From Gammaproteobacteria bacterium (lineage in GTDB: Bacteria; Pseudomonadota; Gammaproteobacteria; Ga0077536), in NCBI GenBank assembly GCA_050186725.1, contig JBFWYG010000002.1, positions 5,027 to 69,026 on the forward strand: a DNA stretch of 64,000 nt. Direction: 5' to 3'. The position numbers were made by a program, and so were the translations under genes. The stretch's first letter is position 1. Each line of letters starts with the position of its first letter. Below the pieces are notes generated by a model that saw nothing but the letters and a program-made list of their open reading frames with translations, was not told the DNA's origin and made no database searches. Positions 59,141-64,000 of the stretch are shown here, piece after piece.

Positions 59141-61582
59141 TCAGATCGATGTTTTGGCGAGAGCGTCTGCCTGCCAGCCACCGAGGTTGCGGTCGCGCAG
59201 GGTGTCGGAATCGTCGATGTGCGAGTCCATGACGAACTTCGGCTTGAACACCCGGATCCACAGCGGGATCACGGTGATGGCGCCGATCATGTTGCTGGTC
59301 AGGAGCAGGCACAGGAGCAGCGCCATCTCGCTGTTGAAGCGCAGCGAGGAACCCGGGATCCAGTAGATGATGCCCGCCATCACGGTCATGCCGGTGAAGA
59401 GGATGGCCGCGCCGGTGGTGCGCATCGAGGTGACGATGGCGTCCAGCAGCGAGCGATGGCGCATCTCCTCCTTCAGGCGGTCGAGCATGTAGATCGCGTA
59501 GTCGACGCCGACGCCGATACCCACCGAGGTCACCGGCAGCGTGTTGACGTTGAGACCGATGTCGCGAATGGTCATGAACGCGCGGTTGGTCATCACGCAG
59601 ATGATCAAGAGCACGAACACCATGAGCCCGGCGAAGATCGAGCGATAGGCGATCATGATGGCCAGCGTCACCAGGGTGATGATGGTGATGGTCATCTTGA
59701 GGTCCGAGATCTCGGTCTCCTCGTTGGCCGCCGCCGTCGTACCGATGATGCCGCCCGCGAGCAGCGGGGTCACGCCTTCCATCTTGTGCGTCTCCAGGAA
59801 GGCCTTGGCCTTGGCGACCGCCTCGGACACCGTCTGGCCGGTCGCGTCCTTGTAGAACACCGTGAAGTTCGCGATGCGGCCCTCCAAGTCCATGTACTCC
59901 AGGATCACGCCCGGCACCGCCGCGCCCGCCTCGTACATGAACAGCGTGTTGCCGATGTCCTTCTGCGTCGCGGGGATCAGCGACCAGCGCGGGTCGTCGT
60001 AGTGATACAGGCGGTTGATCGAGCGCACCAGGTGCGGAATGTCGCGCGTGCCGCCGAAGTTGGAGGTGCCGGCCATGTAGCGACCGAACTCTTCCATCAT
60101 CGCGACCACCTCAGGGTCCTTCATCTTGTGGGGCTCGTTGCCCTCGAAGAAGATGTTGAACTGGTTCGCGCCGGCGAAACGATCGGCAATGGTCTTGGCC
60201 GCGACGTTGTACTCCTGGTCCTGGAACAGGATGGGCGAACCAGGCTGCTTCTCGCCGATGTCGACGTGCCAGCCGAACCAGAACGCCCACACGGTGAGCG
60301 CGATGGCGCCCACGAAGATGGTCGAGGAGGCCTTCGGCCCGACCAGGAACACGCCCATGTTGTGCATCATGCGCGACGGCAGGTGCTTGTGCTCTTCCTG
60401 CACGGTGACCTTGGGCGTCGGCAGCACGGACATGATGAGCGGCACCAGCACCGCCACTGTGATCAGGTTCGACGCGCCCCAGAACGAGCAGTAGATGCCG
60501 AGCTTGGCGATCAGCGGCATGGAGGACAGGGCCAGCACCAGCAGCGCCATGGCGTCGGCCAGGATGCCGAGACCCGCCGGCAGGATCAGCTCGCCCATGG
60601 CGATGCGCACCGCCTGTTCCTTCTCGCGCCCGACGCGAATTTCGTCGTAGTAGCGCTCCATCATCTGCACGCAGTGACTGGCCGTTCGCGCCGATATGAG
60701 GATCGGTACCACCAGGATCAGCGGGTCCAGGTTGTAGTGCATCCAGCCGACAAAGCCGAGGCCCCAGATGGCCGACAGCGCCGTGCCGAGCGTCGGCACC
60801 ACCACGCCCGTGACCGAGCCGAAGTGAATCCAGAGCAGCAGCACCATCACCGCGCCGGTGACGCCGAAGATGGTCTTCAACTCCTTCGAGTAGAAGTAGA
60901 TCCAGCCCTTCAGCATCGGCTCGCCGGCGATGTAGAGCCGCGTCTGCCCGTCCTTCTCCACCTCTTCCTTCAAGCTCTGCAGCTTGGTGTGGATGTCGAC
61001 GTAGTTCAGGCGCTCTTCGTCGAAGCCGGCGACCACCAGCGCGGCGCGGCCGTCGGTGGATAGATAAGTGCCGTAGACGATGTCGTTGTTGAACGATTCC
61101 TCGCGCAGTTGCTTCAGCGCCTCGGGATCGGTCGGCAAATCCTTGGGCAACACCGACTCGGACTTGATCAGACCGCCGGCCGTGGTGCGGATGCGACGGA
61201 TCTTGGGATGCGCGATGCTCGCCACCTGGTAGTGGTTCACGCCGGCGATCAGGTCCACCTGCTCGGTGATGTGCACGATCTTCTTCAGCGTGTCGTGGGT
61301 GAACACGTCGCCGTTGGGATCAGTGACCTCCAGCGCCATGGTCACCACGTTGGCGCCGCCGAAGGTCTGCTTCATGCGGTTGTAGTTGACGATGTACTCG
61401 TGCTTGGCGGGCAGCAGGTCGGCGAAGCGCGAGAACACTTCGATCTTCGGGATGTGCAGGGCGAGCATGATGGTCGGGACCAGGATCACCGCGAAGGAGA
61501 ACCACTTGCGGTCCATCATCCAGTTCGCGATGGCGTGACCACGCGTGATGCGTGGCGGCGGTGGCGGCACGACCGAACTCAT
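59141..61582 (-). CDS. RND-superfamily exporter, MMPL/SSD family (paralog 4)
   Basis: 813 aa, same architecture. About 65% identical over the alignable region to the adjacent upstream gene. Confidence 0.8.
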   Translation of the reverse strand: MSSVVPPPPPRITRGHAIANWMMDRKWFSFAVILVPTIMLALHIPKIEVFSRFADLLPAKHEYIVNYNRMKQTFGGANVVTMALEVTDPNGDVFTHDTLKKIVHITEQVDLIAGVNHYQVASIAHPKIRRIRTTAGGLIKSESVLPKDLPTDPEALKQLREESFNNDIVYGTYLSTDGRAALVVAGFDEERLNYVDIHTKLQSLKEEVEKDGQTRLYIAGEPMLKGWIYFYSKELKTIFGVTGAVMVLLLWIHFGSVTGVVVPTLGTALSAIWGLGFVGWMHYNLDPLILVVPILISARTASHCVQMMERYYDEIRVGREKEQAVRIAMGELILPAGLGILADAMALLVLALSSMPLIAKLGIYCSFWGASNLITVAVLVPLIMSVLPTPKVTVQEEHKHLPSRMMHNMGVFLVGPKASSTIFVGAIALTVWAFWFGWHVDIGEKQPGSPILFQDQEYNVAAKTIADRFAGANQFNIFFEGNEPHKMKDPEVVAMMEEFGRYMAGTSNFGGTRDIPHLVRSINRLYHYDDPRWSLIPATQKDIGNTLFMYEAGAAVPGVILEYMDLEGRIANFTVFYKDATGQTVSEAVAKAKAFLETHKMEGVTPLLAGGIIGTTAAANEETEISDLKMTITIITLVTLAIMIAYRSIFAGLMVFVLLIICVMTNRAFMTIRDIGLNVNTLPVTSVGIGVGVDYAIYMLDRLKEEMRHRSLLDAIVTSMRTTGAAILFTGMTVMAGIIYWIPGSSLRFNSEMALLLCLLLTSNMIGAITVIPLWIRVFKPKFVMDSHIDDSDTLRDRNLGGWQADALAKTSI

Positions 61583-61919
61583 AAGCGACTACTCCTGCGA
61601 ATCTGCGCAACTAGGGGCCAGGGAACCGCGGGTTCCCCTCGAACGCACCCGCGCAGCGTGCCCGATGCCTGGATGGCCGTTGCGCCGGCCGTCGGGACCA
61701 TCGTCGATGTCGCGCAGGTCAGTGGTGCCATGGCGGCGACCTGTAGGTATCCCCCCCTGCGGCGGTCGCGGCACCGGGCGGGAGTATATGCGCGATGTTG
61801 GGGCGCGCCTAGGCATTGTGCGGTCGAGGGCCGGGCGCCGACGCGCGACGTCCCAGGACGCGACACGCGGGGCCGCGACGCCTGCACGAGTGCACGGTCG
61901 CCCGCCTTCGACCGGTCGC

Positions 61920-64000
61920 CTAGCCAGCGTCGCGACCAGGTGCCGCACTACCGGACATGAACGCGCGCGACGCGGCGTCGCCGGTCGCGCAGTCGTCCCG
62001 GTGGGCGCGCAGGATGAAGCGCGGCCGCGTGATCCGCACCAGGAGCGGCAGCAGGGTCACCGCACCCAGCATGTGACTGGCGGTCAGAAGGCCCAGCAGC
62101 AGGGCCATCTCGGCAGTGAAGCGCAGCGAAGAGGCCGGCACCCACCAGGCGATGCCGGCCAGCACCGTCACCGCGGTGAACAGCACCGCCGCGCCGGTGG
62201 TGGCCAGCGCCACGCGCAGGGCGTCGTCGAGCTGGCGGTGACGCACTTCCTCGCGGATGCGGTCCAGCATGTAGATGGCGTAGTCGACGCCGAGCCCGAC
62301 GCCGACCGCGGTCACCGGCAGGGTGTTGACGTTGAGCCCGATGCCGCGCAGGCCCATGTAGGCACGATTGATCAGCACCGCCACCGCCAGCACCGCGAAG
62401 ACGAGCAGCGCCGCGCTGACCGAACGATAGGTGACCAGCACCGCCGCCATCACCATGGCGATGATCAGCACCGTCTGGCGCAGCTCCGACAGCGCCACCT
62501 CCTCGTTGGCCGCGGCCGTGGCGCCGACGATGCCGCCGGCGAAGCACGCGGTCACGCCCGCGACGTGATGTTCGTCCAGCCAGCGGTGCGCGGCGGCCAG
62601 CGCCCCCTGTATGGTCGGCCCGGTGGCGTCCCTGAAGAACACCACGAAGTTGGCCACGCGCCCCTCGAAGTCGAGATACTCGGTGATCACGCCCGGCACC
62701 GCGGCGCCGGCCTGGTACATGAACAGCGTGTTGCCGATGTCGTTCTGCGTGCGCGGCACGAGCGACCAGCGTGGATCGTCGTAGTGGTACAGGCGGTTGA
62801 CCGCGCGCACCAGGCTCGCGATGTCGCGCGTGCCCCCGACCCCGGGTTGCGCCGCCATGAAGCGCGCGAAGTCCTCCATGTGGCGCACGACCTCGGGATG
62901 CTTGATGCGCTCAGGCTGGTCGGCCTCGAAGTAGATCGACAGCTGGCTCGCGCCGGCGAAACGCGCGGCGATGTGGCGCGCGGCGACGTTGTACGCGGCC
63001 TGCGGGTAGAGGATCGGCGAGCCGGCACGCTCCTCGCCGATGAGCTGGGTGCGGCCGAACCAGGCGCTCAGCGCCACCACCAGCAGGCAGGCGAGCAGCA
63101 GCGGCCGCGTGCCGCGCGGTCCGGTCAGGAAGCGCGCGAAGCTCGCCATCAGGCGCGCGTAGACATGGCGCTCGAACGCCACGCGGTGGGTGGCCGGCAG
63201 CGGCAGCCAGGACAGCACCAGCGGCACGAGCAGCACCACGGTCACGAGGTTGCTGAACGACCAGAAGGCCGCGAAGAAGCCGAGCTTCGCGATCAGCGGG
63301 ATGGACGACACGGTCAGCACCAGCAGGCCGACCACGTCGGTGAAGATGCCGACCGCGGCCGGCACCATCAGCTCCGCCATGCAGGTCTCCACCGCCGGTC
63401 CGCGCGCGGCGCCGAGTCGAATCTCGTCGTGGTAGCGCTCCATCATCTGCACGCAGTGGCTCGCGGTGCGCGCCGAGATGATCATCGGCACCACCAGGAT
63501 CAGCGGGTCGAGGTTGTAGCCGAGCCAGGCGACGAAGCCCAAGCCCCAGACGGTCGACAGCGCCGTGCCCATGAGCGGGATCAGCACCCCGGCGAGACTG
63601 CGGAAATGGAGATACAGCAGCAGCGCCATCACCGCCAGCGTCATGCCGAAGATGCCGCGCAGCTCGTGGGCGTGGTGGTAGATCCAGCCCTTCAGCATGG
63701 GCTCGCCGGCGATGTAAAGCCGGGTCTCGCCGTCCCGCTCCACCTCGCGCTGCAGTTCGCGCAGACGCTCGAAGATGCGCCGGTAGTCGAGCCGCTCCTC
63801 GTCGAAGCCTGCCACCACCAGCGCGGCGCGCCCGTCGGTGGCGACGTAGGTGCCGTACACGATGTCGTTGTTGAAGGCCTCCTCGCGCAGGCGCTTCAGC
63901 GCGGCCGGGTCGCGCGGGATTTCGAGGGGCAGCACCGGTGTCGACTTGATGGTGCCGGTCGCGGTGGTCTCCACGCGCCGCACCTTGCCATGGGCGATGC
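61920..64000 (-). CDS. RND-superfamily exporter, MMPL/SSD family (paralog 5), 5' end beyond window
   Basis: The in-window ORF begins at a position aligning to about residue 130 of paralog 4 (…IKSTPVLPLEIPRDPAALKRLREEAFNNDIVYGTY…). The reading frame stays open to the window edge. Confidence 0.75.
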   Translation of the reverse strand, partial: IAHGKVRRVETTATGTIKSTPVLPLEIPRDPAALKRLREEAFNNDIVYGTYVATDGRAALVVAGFDEERLDYRRIFERLRELQREVERDGETRLYIAGEPMLKGWIYHHAHELRGIFGMTLAVMALLLYLHFRSLAGVLIPLMGTALSTVWGLGFVAWLGYNLDPLILVVPMIISARTASHCVQMMERYHDEIRLGAARGPAVETCMAELMVPAAVGIFTDVVGLLVLTVSSIPLIAKLGFFAAFWSFSNLVTVVLLVPLVLSWLPLPATHRVAFERHVYARLMASFARFLTGPRGTRPLLLACLLVVALSAWFGRTQLIGEERAGSPILYPQAAYNVAARHIAARFAGASQLSIYFEADQPERIKHPEVVRHMEDFARFMAAQPGVGGTRDIASLVRAVNRLYHYDDPRWSLVPRTQNDIGNTLFMYQAGAAVPGVITEYLDFEGRVANFVVFFRDATGPTIQGALAAAHRWLDEHHVAGVTACFAGGIVGATAAANEEVALSELRQTVLIIAMVMAAVLVTYRSVSAALLVFAVLAVAVLINRAYMGLRGIGLNVNTLPVTAVGVGLGVDYAIYMLDRIREEVRHRQLDDALRVALATTGAAVLFTAVTVLAGIAWWVPASSLRFTAEMALLLGLLTASHMLGAVTLLPLLVRITRPRFILRAHRDDCATGDAASRAFMSGSAAPGRDAG

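Noticed and set aside
61583-61919. 337-bp gap between MMPL paralogs 4 and 5 containing a ggggaaccgcgggttcccc palindrome
   Set aside because: A single hairpin without repeats elsewhere in the window, and no coding signal. Probably a promoter or terminator region. Too little evidence to call a specific element.

Overview
High-GC (roughly 68-70%) proteobacterial chromosomal window, densely coded on both strands. The most striking content is lipid- and membrane-centred. Five large RND/MMPL-superfamily exporters (about 800 aa each, sterol-sensing-domain type) sit in one 64 kb window, arranged as two tandem-paralog pairs plus one HpnN-like member. They are interleaved with lipid-metabolism genes. 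These include acyl-CoA synthetase, SDR, acyl-CoA dehydrogenase, CoA transferase, a membrane fatty-acid desaturase, a fatty-acid-hydroxylase-superfamily protein, a ferritin-like diiron protein, and a bifunctional OlsF-like aminolipid (ornithine-lipid type) acyltransferase. A cytoplasmic FHA-domain protein with an unrecognised N-terminal domain lies directly after one MMPL gene. A hypothetical protein of tentative DUF364/DUF4213-like fold lies directly before another. Other content is as follows: an acoABC acetoin-dehydrogenase operon; a type II quinohemoprotein (PQQ plus cytochrome c) alcohol dehydrogenase; a PAS/HAMP chemoreceptor ending in an xWxxF pentapeptide and overlapping an OprB porin gene; an orphan MotAB stator pair; PilZ and GGDEF c-di-GMP genes; an MsbA-like ABC transporter; and EttA. 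There is also a run of transporters (DASS/SLC13 with TrkA-C, CaCA, APC). Two families of structured extragenic repeats (REP-like) occur at several loci. One copy supplies the last codons and the stop of the desaturase gene. A cupin gene on the minus strand is broken by two frameshifts (pseudogene). No rRNA, tRNA, CRISPR, transposase or phage genes were seen. All calls rest on motif and family recognition from translated ORFs. No database searches were run.
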